A stretch of 32,000 nucleotides of DNA, from the NCBI GenBank assembly GCA_030604855.1, contig JAUVVC010000006.1, positions 67,672 to 99,671 on the forward strand, written 5' to 3'. Source of the DNA: Erysipelotrichaceae bacterium (GTDB lineage: Bacteria; Bacillota_I; Bacilli_A; Erysipelotrichales; Erysipelotrichaceae). The notes under the pieces are model-generated. The model was not told where the DNA came from, searched no databases, and saw only the letters and a list, made by a program, of their open reading frames with translations. Within the stretch, counting starts at the first letter, position 1. Each line of letters opens with the position of its first letter. Positions 1-8,388 of the stretch are shown here, piece by piece. The position numbers and the translations under genes are program-made.

Positions 1-377
1 TCGAGTACGGCACCCAGTGAAACATTGAAGGTATTTTGACTAAGACTTGCCCAGTCCCGTGCGAAGACTAGTAGATCGATCAAGTTTTGATCGACTTCGA
101 CGGCTTTGATGCCAGCTTGATCGTTGATGGTTTTAAGGTTGTTTAGGTTTGGGTAGTCGTTGTATCGATCAAACAACTGACCGAGATAGGACATCTCTGT
201 CTTCAATTGTTCAAAGTATTTATCAAACTCTGCCTGACTGTTGGTATAGGCCACAAAGGTTACGGGCGCATCGTTGAAGCCAAGATTGATGGCCACATTG
301 CTGTAACGATCAGGGGCTTTTGCACAGCCGACGATCAGTAGACTGAGGGTAAGGATTAAGAGCATTTTTCGTTTCAT
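1..377 (-). CDS. apbE: FAD:protein FMN transferase (ApbE family) lipoprotein; N-terminal part only, runs off the window
   Basis: The reverse complement from ATG at 377..375 reads MKRKMLLILTLSLLIVGCAKAPDRY...EFDKYFEQLKTEMSYLGQLFDRYNDYPNLNNLKTINDQAGIKAVEVDQNLIDLLVFARDWASLSQNTFNVSLGAVL. It has a signal peptide with lipobox IVGC. The ...LFDRY...L..IN..AG...V.V...L..LL..A...... pattern resembles the ApbE N-terminal region. GGAG sits upstream on the minus strand. The ORF is open to position 1 and is absent from the ORF track because it is truncated. Confidence 0.65.
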   Translation of the reverse strand, partial: MKRKMLLILTLSLLIVGCAKAPDRYSNVAINLGFNDAPVTFVAYTNSQAEFDKYFEQLKTEMSYLGQLFDRYNDYPNLNNLKTINDQAGIKAVEVDQNLIDLLVFARDWASLSQNTFNVSLGAVL

Positions 378-448
378 ATTGGTCTCCTGGGTTATTATAC
401 CATATGCATATTGCTTTACAAAAATGTGTTTTTGTGTGTGCTCGAGTA

Positions 449-457
449 TGCTATAAT
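449..457 (+). promoter_or_regulatory. Extended -10 promoter candidate for the rnf operon
   Basis: TGcTATAAT (TG 449-450, TATAAT 452-457) lies about 50 nt upstream of the rnfC start. There is only a weak T-rich -35. Confidence 0.4.
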
Positions 458-508
458 TATCATTGATTCGATAAACTATTCACGAATTAGGAAAGGTTGG
501 GTGAAGGT

Positions 509-1801
509 ATGTCTTTTTTGACTGGACCAGGTAGAGAACATCTTAATGGTCACAAAGAGGAAACCCTGCATAATGAGATCGTGCGGGTTAAACCAAAAAA
601 AGAAGTTTTTGTGCCTTTAAATAATGGGTCAGCAACGAAAGTTGATGTCTATGTTAATGAAGGGGACAAGGTTCTTGTCGGTACGCTTTTAGCGCGTCGC
701 AATGACCATTTCAATGTGCCAATCTATTCACCGGTATCCGGTGTCGTTGGGGCAAAGAAGAATATGATGCATTCTGTGTTGAAACCACAGGAACATCTCA
801 TCATCGAAGATGATGGTAAGTATGAGAAAGTGGAATCTTTCAAACCGCTTGATTATACCGTCGCATCTCGTGAAGAATTGGTAAACTTCATGATGGAAGC
901 CGGTATCGTGGGCTGTGGTGGAGCAGGTTTCCCATCTTACTTAAAGTATAAAAATCCAGTTGACATCAACACCTTGATCATCAATGCGGTTGAATGTGAA
1001 CCTTATATCACGTCCGATTATCGCTTCACCAAAGAAAGCTTGGAGGATTTGTTGGTTGGGGTTCGTGCTTTGCTTAAGATGAGCACCGCACCTAAGGCCA
1101 TCATTGCGATCAAGAAGTCGAAGAAAGAAATGTGTGAACAACTTGAAGCAGTGTTGAAGGGCGATCCTTCGATTTCAGTCTTCAAGACACCGGATGTCTA
1201 TCCAATGGGTTGGGAGCGCACCTTGGTTTATGAGTTTGCCAAGAAACGCTACAACCGTCTACCCTCTGAAGTCGGCATCATCGTTAATAATGTCACAACC
1301 GCGATTGCATTTGCACGTGCTTTGCAATATGGTGAAGGCATTGTCGAAAAAGTCGTTACCTTCTCCGGTGATGGCTTGAAGAGCCCAACCAATGTGCGTG
1401 TACCTTTTGGTACGAAAGTATCGGAAATCGTTGCGCAGATCGGTGGTTATGCCAGTGAAGATGTTTTGGTCATTGCGGGTGGTCCTATGATGGGTAAAAC
1501 AATTCCTACGGATGAATTCGTCATTACCAACTATTCCAATGCGATCACAATCTTAAAGAATGTCAAAGTCGAAGAAATGGCGTGCATGCGTTGTGGACGT
1601 TGTAACGATACCTGTCCTGCAGGTTTGTTGCCGGTACGTATCAACAATGCGGAAAAAGCTAAGGATTTGGATTTGATTGTTAAATTGAGTGCGGACCAAT
1701 GTATCGAATGTGGTCTATGTACCTATGTCTGTCCTTCGAAGATTGATGTGACGGAAGGTGTACGTCGTGCGAAACGCGCTTTGGCGTTGAGAAAGGGTTA
1801 A
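509..1801 (+). CDS. rnfC: Rnf electron transport complex subunit C
   Basis: The ORF runs 497..1801; ATG at 509 (MSFLTG) follows AGGAAAGG. It has the GCGGAGFPSYLK nucleotide-binding-like motif and two ferredoxin-type clusters, CMRCGRCNDTCP and CIECGLCTYVCP, at the C-terminus. It is the first gene of an rnf cluster. Confidence 0.9.
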   Translation: MSFLTGPGREHLNGHKEETLHNEIVRVKPKKEVFVPLNNGSATKVDVYVNEGDKVLVGTLLARRNDHFNVPIYSPVSGVVGAKKNMMHSVLKPQEHLIIEDDGKYEKVESFKPLDYTVASREELVNFMMEAGIVGCGGAGFPSYLKYKNPVDINTLIINAVECEPYITSDYRFTKESLEDLLVGVRALLKMSTAPKAIIAIKKSKKEMCEQLEAVLKGDPSISVFKTPDVYPMGWERTLVYEFAKKRYNRLPSEVGIIVNNVTTAIAFARALQYGEGIVEKVVTFSGDGLKSPTNVRVPFGTKVSEIVAQIGGYASEDVLVIAGGPMMGKTIPTDEFVITNYSNAITILKNVKVEEMACMRCGRCNDTCPAGLLPVRINNAEKAKDLDLIVKLSADQCIECGLCTYVCPSKIDVTEGVRRAKRALALRKG

Positions 1802-1807
1802 TTCGAA

Positions 1808-3310
1808 ATGAAATTCAACTTTAGAGTATCACCGAACTATCGCACACCCTTATCGACACAACGTGTTATGTGGGAAGTCACTGCGGCGATCAGTGTGGTC
1901 TTGGCCTTTGCAGTATTCTATTACTTTACGGAATTGGGTACGGATTATGGCATTCATGCCGTATTGATGATCCTTACGTCTTTAGCGGTTGCGATTGGAA
2001 CCGAAGTGCTCTGGGCTTTGTTCTATAAGAAGAACATCCTCAAACATTTGAATACATCGTTCCCTTGGGTCATTGCTTTGATCTTCGTTGGTACGATGAG
2101 CATCAATCGTCCTTTATATGTTTCTGCTGTGAGTGTGTTTGCCGGGGTTTTCTTTGGTAAACTCGTCTTCGGTGGTTTTGGATATAACATCTTCAACCCA
2201 GCGGGTGTTGGTCGTGCAGTGGCGGCATTGTCCTTCAGTGGTTTTGTGACCAATAAGTTTGCGGATGTGGTTACAGGTGCGACAGCAAACCAAGTCATGC
2301 AAGGCTTGGGCTGGGTCATCACAAAGCCTGAAGCCGTTGATGCGTTCTTAAATCAATTTGGTGGTTTAAGTGGACTAGCGATTGGTTTCTATCCTGCAAG
2401 TTTGGGTGAGACCAGTACGATTCTCTTGTTGTTGGTTGGTATTTATCTCTCTGTCCGTAAAATCATCGATTGGAAGGTTCCATTGACCTTCATCGGTTCG
2501 ATTTTCATCTTTACATATGCCATTGCATTATTCAAAGGCATGGGTGTCTGGTATCCTTTGTTCCATATCGTCAGTGGTGGTGCGATGTATGCGGCGGTCT
2601 TCATGATCACCGATCCCGTCACGACACCGACGTCGAGCATCGGACGGATCTTGTTTGCGATGGGGGTTGCCATCTTCGTGGTCATCATCCGTATCAAAGC
2701 TAATCTTCCTGAAGGTGTTGTTTATGGAATTCTATTCATGAATATGTTGTCTCCTTTATTGGATCAAATCACGGATGGTTGGGTCTTTAAGGAAATGAAG
2801 AAATTCTATATTCAAATCGGTACCTTGTTTGTGGCTGGCTTGGCGGTGATCTTATTGGTCGCAAGTCAAATCTCCTACAATGAACCGGTTGTCGAAGTTG
2901 AACCTGTCGTTGTCATCAACTTGAAGGGTGAACCGGTTGTGGTATTGGCAGAAGCAGTATCGCCAACGGCTCTCGTTGTTTCTGAAACGGCTGAAGGTGA
3001 TGTTACGACTTTTGTTGTAAACATCAATGGTTATGCGTTCCAAAGCGATCACGATGATGATCCTCAACCGAATACATTGGAGATCAAGGTCAATACTGCG
3101 ACGCAAACGGTTGAAAGTGTCAGCTATGTGACTTTCTCAGATTCTCCGAATATCGGGGATAAAACGAATTCAGATGTCTTCTTGTCTCAATTTGTTGGCT
3201 TATCCATTGTGGATGAAGCCGCAAGTGTGGATGTCGTATCTGGAGCCACCATTACATCTCAGTCGGTTGTTCGTGCTGTTCGTGCCGCAATTGCAGCGGC
3301 TTTGGATTAG
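1808..3310 (+). CDS. rnfD: Rnf subunit D fused to a C-terminal FMN-binding (RnfG/NqrC-like) domain
   Basis: The 500 aa polytopic membrane protein carries the RnfD flavinylation motif ADVVTGATANQ. After the last TM (about aa 345) there is a roughly 150 aa extension ending in VDVVSGATITSQSVVRAVRAAIAAAL, a second Dxx(S/T)GAT FMN_bind-type motif. Confidence 0.9.
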   Translation: MKFNFRVSPNYRTPLSTQRVMWEVTAAISVVLAFAVFYYFTELGTDYGIHAVLMILTSLAVAIGTEVLWALFYKKNILKHLNTSFPWVIALIFVGTMSINRPLYVSAVSVFAGVFFGKLVFGGFGYNIFNPAGVGRAVAALSFSGFVTNKFADVVTGATANQVMQGLGWVITKPEAVDAFLNQFGGLSGLAIGFYPASLGETSTILLLLVGIYLSVRKIIDWKVPLTFIGSIFIFTYAIALFKGMGVWYPLFHIVSGGAMYAAVFMITDPVTTPTSSIGRILFAMGVAIFVVIIRIKANLPEGVVYGILFMNMLSPLLDQITDGWVFKEMKKFYIQIGTLFVAGLAVILLVASQISYNEPVVEVEPVVVINLKGEPVVVLAEAVSPTALVVSETAEGDVTTFVVNINGYAFQSDHDDDPQPNTLEIKVNTATQTVESVSYVTFSDSPNIGDKTNSDVFLSQFVGLSIVDEAASVDVVSGATITSQSVVRAVRAAIAAALD

Positions 3311-3319
3311 GAGGCTAAG

Positions 3320-3823
3320 ATGAAAAAGATTATCACATTAACATTATTCTTAGCGATTATCAGTGGTTTGGCCGGGGCAACCTTGGCATTCGTCAATAAT
3401 ATGACAAGCCCGATTATTGAAGAGCGTAAGATTGCGGCTGTCAAAGCTACACTTGAAGCGATCTTCCCGGGCGCAAGTGAATATAAAGAAATTGCATTTG
3501 AAGATGCCAGTGGGACGGTAACGAACGTTTATGAAGCAGTAGGTGCCGGTTATGCGTTCAATGTCAATGTCCAAGGTTATAAGGATGTCATCACGTTCAT
3601 CGTTGGAATTGATGAGGCCGGTGAAATCGTTGGTTTCACTGTCAACTATGTCAACGATACACCGGGCTTAGGCTCAAAAGTAGCTGACCCTGAATTTGCG
3701 AATTCGATCATTGGTTCAAAAGTTGGAGATAAAGTGGATACCATTGCGGGTTCAACTGTTTCTTCAGCGGCTGTCGTGAAAGGGATTGATGCGGCTTCGG
3801 CTGTTTATCAATCGCTAAAGTAG
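3320..3823 (+). CDS. rnfG: Rnf subunit G (membrane-anchored FMN-binding protein)
   Basis: AGGAGG RBS. It has an N-terminal TM anchor (ITLTLFLAIISGLAGATLAF) and the FMN_bind-like C-terminus VDTIAGSTVSSAAVVKGI. The position in the rnf cluster supports the call. Confidence 0.85.
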   Translation: MKKIITLTLFLAIISGLAGATLAFVNNMTSPIIEERKIAAVKATLEAIFPGASEYKEIAFEDASGTVTNVYEAVGAGYAFNVNVQGYKDVITFIVGIDEAGEIVGFTVNYVNDTPGLGSKVADPEFANSIIGSKVGDKVDTIAGSTVSSAAVVKGIDAASAVYQSLK

Positions 3824-3833
3824 GAGGTTCGTC

Positions 3834-4475
3834 ATGAAATCATTAGTCAATTATGGAATGAGCCTTTTGAAGGAAAACCCAGTATTTGGTCTATACCTTG
3901 GTCTTTGCTCAAGTTTGGCCATTACCACAAATCTCGATAATGCGGTAGGTATGGGTATTTCAGTATTGTTGGTTTTAACGGTGTCCAACGTTGTTATTTC
4001 GTTGTTAAGAAAACTTACACCGGATGAGATTCGTATTCCTGTATACATCGTCGTCATTGCGACTTTGGTCAAAGCGGTTGAGTTGTTGATCAAGGCTTAT
4101 GCACCAGCGATCGATGCGGCTTTGGGTGTTTTCATTCCGTTGATCGTTGTCAACTGCATCATTCTGGGACGTGCGGAAGCATTTGCCAGTAAGAATGGTG
4201 TTGTTTCATCCGCTTTGGATGGTTTGAATATGGGGGTTTCCTACACCTTGAGTATTGTTGCTTTATCGTTGATTCGTCAATTGTTGGCAACAGGTATTCT
4301 AAATATGAATAATCCATTCAATGATACGGTTATCTTTGATATCACGATCATTCCAGCTGATTTTACGATTCCAATGTTCAGCAGTCCAATCGGGGCGTTT
4401 CTAACCTTTGCCTTATTGGCTGCGGGTGTTGCGGCAATCAACAATCGCGACCAAAAGAAAGTGAAGGGTGCGTAA
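3834..4475 (+). CDS. rnfE: Rnf subunit E
   Basis: AGGAGG RBS. It is a polytopic membrane protein of the RnfA/RnfE family with IPLIVVNCIILGRAEAFA, and it sits directly before rnfA. Confidence 0.9.
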   Translation: MKSLVNYGMSLLKENPVFGLYLGLCSSLAITTNLDNAVGMGISVLLVLTVSNVVISLLRKLTPDEIRIPVYIVVIATLVKAVELLIKAYAPAIDAALGVFIPLIVVNCIILGRAEAFASKNGVVSSALDGLNMGVSYTLSIVALSLIRQLLATGILNMNNPFNDTVIFDITIIPADFTIPMFSSPIGAFLTFALLAAGVAAINNRDQKKVKGA

Positions 4476-4476
4476 C

Positions 4477-5052
4477 ATGGAAGGTTTCTTCACATTATTC
4501 ATCTCTGCTATTTTAATCAATAACATCGTTCTGACGAAGTTCTTGGGCATGTGTCCAATCATGGGTGTATCCCGTAAAACCAGCTCAGCTTTGGGTATGG
4601 GTGCTGCGGTCGTCTTTGTCATTTTTGGCTCATCTGTTTTCACATATGTACTTTATTACAATGTGTTGGTTCCAATGAGCCTTGAGTATATGGATTTGAT
4701 CACGTTCATTCTCGTCATCGCGGCGTTTGTCCAATTTGTCGAAATGGTCATGAAGAAGTTCACGCCAGCTTTGTATAAGGCTTTGGGAATCTTCTTGCCT
4801 TTGATCACAACGAACTGTGTCGTCTTGTATGTGACTTTGGTCAATATTACCAATGGTTATAGTTTTATGGAAATGGTTGTTTATTCCATTGCGGTTCCTT
4901 TAGGTTTTACCTTGGTTCTCTACATCTTCTCAACAATTCGTGAGCGTTTGGACAGTGCTCCTGTTCCTAAGGCATTTGAAGGCAATCCGATTGCTTTGAT
5001 CGTCATGGCGATCATGGCAGCGATCTTCACTGCTTTCGCTGGTTTGGTTTAA
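4477..5052 (+). CDS. rnfA: Rnf subunit A
   Basis: The ORF track starts at GTG 4468. ATG 4477 (MEGFFTLFISAILINNIVLTKFLGMCP) has GAAGGG 8 nt upstream and is preferred. The LPLITTNCVVL motif is typical of RnfA. Confidence 0.9.
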   Translation: MEGFFTLFISAILINNIVLTKFLGMCPIMGVSRKTSSALGMGAAVVFVIFGSSVFTYVLYYNVLVPMSLEYMDLITFILVIAAFVQFVEMVMKKFTPALYKALGIFLPLITTNCVVLYVTLVNITNGYSFMEMVVYSIAVPLGFTLVLYIFSTIRERLDSAPVPKAFEGNPIALIVMAIMAAIFTAFAGLV

Positions 5053-5053
5053 G

Positions 5054-5248
5054 ATGGAAGCCGTCATTTATATCGCGGCCTTAGGTGGGTTCTATGCTTT
5101 GGTTTATTATTTGAACCACAAGACGCCGAAACCTGAGGGATGTGAATACATCGATGCGGCCTGTAATTCGTGCAGTGTAGGTATTTGCAGCAATCATCCA
5201 TCGCAAAATATCATCAAGGAGGATATGATTCATGTTGAGCGCAGTTAG
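5054..5248 (+). CDS. Small Cys-rich single-pass membrane protein (FeoB-associated-Cys-rich-like architecture)
   Basis: The ATG is 1 nt after the rnfA stop, suggesting translational coupling. One TM (AVIYIAALGGFYALVYYL) is followed by a basic linker and a CX6CX2CX4C cluster (GCEYIDAACNSCSVGICSNH). The 3' end overlaps rnfB by 17 nt. Confidence 0.5.
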   Translation: MEAVIYIAALGGFYALVYYLNHKTPKPEGCEYIDAACNSCSVGICSNHPSQNIIKEDMIHVERS

Positions 5249-5540
5249 TATGATGTTGGTCCTTGGGGCGGCTTTGGGTTTGCTCTTGGCGATTGCAGGT
5301 AAAGTCTTCTATGTGGAAATCGATACGCGTGTTGAACAGATCACGAACATGTTGCCAGGATACAACTGTGGCGCATGTGGTTATCCGGGATGCGCAGGTT
5401 TAGCCGATGCGTTGGTCAGTGGAGAGGCAAAGAGTCCAACTCAATGCAAACCTTCGACTGAGGCCCATCGTTCTCGGATCACCGCTTTCATGGAAACCGG
5501 TGTGGATCCACAAGCTCCAAAAGAGTCTGTACAAGCTTAA
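5232..5540 (+). CDS. rnfB: Rnf subunit B, minimal form (N-terminal TM plus Fe-S domain only)
   Basis: AAGGAGG lies 8 nt upstream. It has an N-terminal TM helix and then LPGYNCGACGYPGCAGLADALVSGEAKSPTQCKP, the RnfB N-terminal Cys motif. The protein ends at 102 aa with no CxxCxxCxxxCP ferredoxin repeats. Confidence 0.8.
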   Translation: MLSAVSMMLVLGAALGLLLAIAGKVFYVEIDTRVEQITNMLPGYNCGACGYPGCAGLADALVSGEAKSPTQCKPSTEAHRSRITAFMETGVDPQAPKESVQA

Positions 5541-5546
5541 TTTCTT

Positions 5547-5572
5547 AAAGATCGTGAAAGCGATCTTTTTTT
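5547..5572 (+). terminator. Rho-independent terminator after rnfB
   Basis: A 7-bp stem AAGATCG/CGATCTT with loop TGAAAG is followed by T7. Confidence 0.7.
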
Positions 5573-5621
5573 ATTTTAGGGGAAGTTCATGGAGGTGCGT
5601 ATCTAGTAGTGAGGTGTTTGT

Positions 5622-5987
5622 ATGAAGGGTGTGATTCAGGCTTATGCATTGTTGGTTGTGTGTCTGGGTGTATCGCTCGGCATGATGATTGCGGTTCAAT
5701 ATGATGTCCTATTTTATAAGCATCAGTTCATTCTGAAACAAAGCATGCAAGAAAGTATGCTGGAAAGTTTGGATCTGCCTTATCAGGAACGCGATCTGTA
5801 TACGTTCAATCGTTTAATTGAACTCTTGAGCATGCGTATGGGTTCAAATCGAAGCGTAAATGTCAGTTTGATGGGATTCAATGCACAACCCTTGGCACTC
5901 AGAGTCAAATTAAGTGTATCCGATGAGAATCACATCATCCCTTATTCCATTCATCTCGATAAAACCATGATAGAGGTATCCCCATGA
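5622..5987 (+). CDS. Pilin-like / membrane-anchored protein of unknown function; first gene of the Tad-like locus
   Basis: GTGAGG RBS. The N-terminus MKGVIQAYALLVVCLGVSLGMMIA resembles the N-termini of the two pilin-like ORFs at 9127 and 9270. The stop overlaps the next start (ATGA at 5984). Confidence 0.5.
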   Translation: MKGVIQAYALLVVCLGVSLGMMIAVQYDVLFYKHQFILKQSMQESMLESLDLPYQERDLYTFNRLIELLSMRMGSNRSVNVSLMGFNAQPLALRVKLSVSDENHIIPYSIHLDKTMIEVSP

Positions 5988-6685
5988 AACAGAAGTATTC
6001 TTTATTGCATTTCGGTGTCGCTTTAGGTTTGTGTTTACTCTTTATGGGTGGAAGCTTGTTGTACATTCACAATCAACTTGAGCTGGTGGAAGTCTATGTC
6101 GCAAGAGAAAACTTACCGGCACGGACGCACATCAGTGAGAACAGTCTATCTAAAATCAAAGTTCCCAAAGCGTATCTCAGTGAAGATGCGATTACGGATA
6201 AAGCTCAAATGTTGGGAAAATACGTCAAAATCAATGCATCGATTCCAAAGGGAAGTCTTGTGTACACTTCAACGATTGAAGCTTTGGATGAAAGCATCGA
6301 TCAACCCAGTCTTTTATTGAAAAACAATCAGGCAGTCTATGCGATTGATGTCAGTTTGACCAGTACATCTGGAAATACATTGCAGATTGGATCGAAAGTA
6401 GATATTTACGGAACTTTGAAAGTCGGACGTGAGACAAAGGTCGATTTACTTTTCAAACAGGTTCGAGTGATCAGTGTCAAAGATAAGAATGGTAATGAGG
6501 TCGATCGTAAAAGCAATCAGATGCCCAAGCTATTATTGGTTGCATTTGATCAAACTGAAATCCCGTTGATTACCAAATTGATCGCAATGGGCGAGATCAC
6601 CATCACACCAACTGCGGAGTTCTTGAGTGAGGATGAGTGTGTCCTCAATGAACATTCACTTCTATTGGAAATCCTCTATGCTTGA
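5984..6685 (+). CDS. cpaB: CpaB/RcpC-like Flp pilus assembly protein (SAF domain)
   Basis: An N-terminal TM anchor is followed by a SAF-like segment (VEVYVARENLPARTHISENSLSKIKVPKAYL...IPKGSLV) and a beta-rich C-terminal half, as in CpaB. It sits directly upstream of the TadA-like ATPase. Confidence 0.65.
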   Translation: MKQKYSLLHFGVALGLCLLFMGGSLLYIHNQLELVEVYVARENLPARTHISENSLSKIKVPKAYLSEDAITDKAQMLGKYVKINASIPKGSLVYTSTIEALDESIDQPSLLLKNNQAVYAIDVSLTSTSGNTLQIGSKVDIYGTLKVGRETKVDLLFKQVRVISVKDKNGNEVDRKSNQMPKLLLVAFDQTEIPLITKLIAMGEITITPTAEFLSEDECVLNEHSLLLEILYA

Positions 6686-7694
6686 TAACTTTGATTTTGG
6701 AGTGATTCAGTCGTATGTCGATGATCCAATGGTTACGGATATCAATTACAATGGTCGCCAATGTTGGATCGATCATCTTCGTAAAGGACGATATCCTTTA
6801 GCACCTTTTGATGCCCATGAAGCGATGCAGATACTGGTTTATAAAATTGCGAACTATGTGAATCTACCTTTCAATGCGACCAGTCCTGTCTTGGAAGCAG
6901 AAACTGAAAGTCTGCGTATCAGTCTATTGCACCCCAGTGTTTCGAAAGGGGGATTAAGCCTCTCTTTACGCAAAACACCTGCGCTCTGTCGTTTACACGA
7001 TGCAGAGACGGGGATTAAGGCTTATGCGCCGGAATGGGTGATCAGTTTATTGCAGGAAGCTGTCAGGCATCGTAAGAACATCTTAGTAAGTGGGCTTCCG
7101 GGTTCAGGTAAAACCGAATTTGTAAAGTTTCTGATGGAGAGCATTCCAGCTCAAGAACGCGTGATTACGATTGAGGATAGTCTTGAACTTCGTTATGGTG
7201 ATATCCATCCGACAAAAGATCACGTGATGCTTAAGGTTCAGGAGCGCTTTGGCTATGAGCAAGCCATCAAAACAAGTCTGCGCCAAAGACCGGATTGGAT
7301 CTGTGTCTCTGAGGTCAGGGGTGCCGAAATCATGTATCTTCTGCAGAGTATTTCAACGGGAACCAGTTTGATCAGTACAATTCATGCGGAGAGCGCAATA
7401 GCGATACCAGCGCGGATGTTGATGCTCATGCCAGGGTTTGATCTGAACAATCAAAGTCTGCTTACCATGATTCATGATTGCATCGACTTTGGCATTCATT
7501 TGGAGGTCAATCATGATGGACAGAAAGTCGTACGATCGATTCGAGAGTTGGTCCAATTTAAAATCAATGAGAACTATGAACAAGAAAAGAAAACAATCTA
7601 TCAAAGCGATGATAAAAACAAAGCCGTTCGCTACCAAAGCCTATTTGCAAGTAAAAAAGCTAAAACTCAAAGAACTCCTTTGGATCTTCAGTGA
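6678..7694 (+). CDS. tadA: TadA/CpaF-family type IV filament secretion ATPase
   Basis: ATG at 6678 (MLDNFDFGVIQSYVDDPMVTDINYNG) overlaps the cpaB-like stop. Motifs present: Walker A GLPGSGKT, Asp box ITIEDSLEL, Walker B PDWICVSEVRGAE, His box STIHAES. At 338 aa it is short and has no N-terminal accessory domain. Confidence 0.85.
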   Translation: MLDNFDFGVIQSYVDDPMVTDINYNGRQCWIDHLRKGRYPLAPFDAHEAMQILVYKIANYVNLPFNATSPVLEAETESLRISLLHPSVSKGGLSLSLRKTPALCRLHDAETGIKAYAPEWVISLLQEAVRHRKNILVSGLPGSGKTEFVKFLMESIPAQERVITIEDSLELRYGDIHPTKDHVMLKVQERFGYEQAIKTSLRQRPDWICVSEVRGAEIMYLLQSISTGTSLISTIHAESAIAIPARMLMLMPGFDLNNQSLLTMIHDCIDFGIHLEVNHDGQKVVRSIRELVQFKINENYEQEKKTIYQSDDKNKAVRYQSLFASKKAKTQRTPLDLQ

Positions 7695-8388
7695 GTTGGC
7701 TATAACCATTTGGATCGCCACACGCTTTGGACTCCCACGACAATCTATCTTTATTCTTTTCATCACGACGATCGCACTGACCCCTCTGTTCTTTCGTTAT
7801 CAATTGCAATGGATCAAACAAGAACAAGCCTTTTTCAATCTGACGGATTTTCTCCAACAATTCATTGCGAGCTTTAAGTCACACCCAAAAATATACGCTG
7901 CGCTATTGGAATGTGAGGACATCACACAACATCAATTACACAAGGATGTGAGGTTTTGGATCGAGGGACTCGAGAAGGGTGGATACCCTCAGGAACACGC
8001 CAAAGCGTTCATGGCGAAATATGGTCATTTCACTATTGGGAATATGGTGCATCTCATGTTGGCGGTGGAGAATTATGGAAGTTTCCAGTATGCCGAAGGA
8101 TTTGAAATCATTCAAGATGACATTGAGGAATGGATTGAAGATACCTATGCCTTCAAACAGGAACAAGTCCAGACGCAACGGAAGATTCAGATACTCTCCT
8201 TATTTTCAATGGGCATCGCTTACATGAGCCACAACATGCTTTTCAAATCGGATCTGGTCAGTGAACTTGGTTTCTACCATACCAGTCTGATGTTGTTCTT
8301 CGGCTTGATTCTGCTCACACTCTTCTTTGCGCAAAAGATGATCGCGGTGCCTTGGATTGAGAAGAAGGAGTTGATATGGAGCGCTTGA
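7609..8388 (+). CDS. tadB: TadB-like pilus platform membrane protein (T2SS-F domain); start uncertain
   Basis: The reading frame is open from 7474. It is a TM-rich protein with a central soluble helical domain, which fits the T2SSF/TadB layout. Candidate starts are 7513 (GGAGG 6 nt upstream), 7567, 7576 and 7609, and all of them overlap the tadA 3' end. Confidence 0.6.
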   Translation: MIKTKPFATKAYLQVKKLKLKELLWIFSELAITIWIATRFGLPRQSIFILFITTIALTPLFFRYQLQWIKQEQAFFNLTDFLQQFIASFKSHPKIYAALLECEDITQHQLHKDVRFWIEGLEKGGYPQEHAKAFMAKYGHFTIGNMVHLMLAVENYGSFQYAEGFEIIQDDIEEWIEDTYAFKQEQVQTQRKIQILSLFSMGIAYMSHNMLFKSDLVSELGFYHTSLMLFFGLILLTLFFAQKMIAVPWIEKKELIWSA

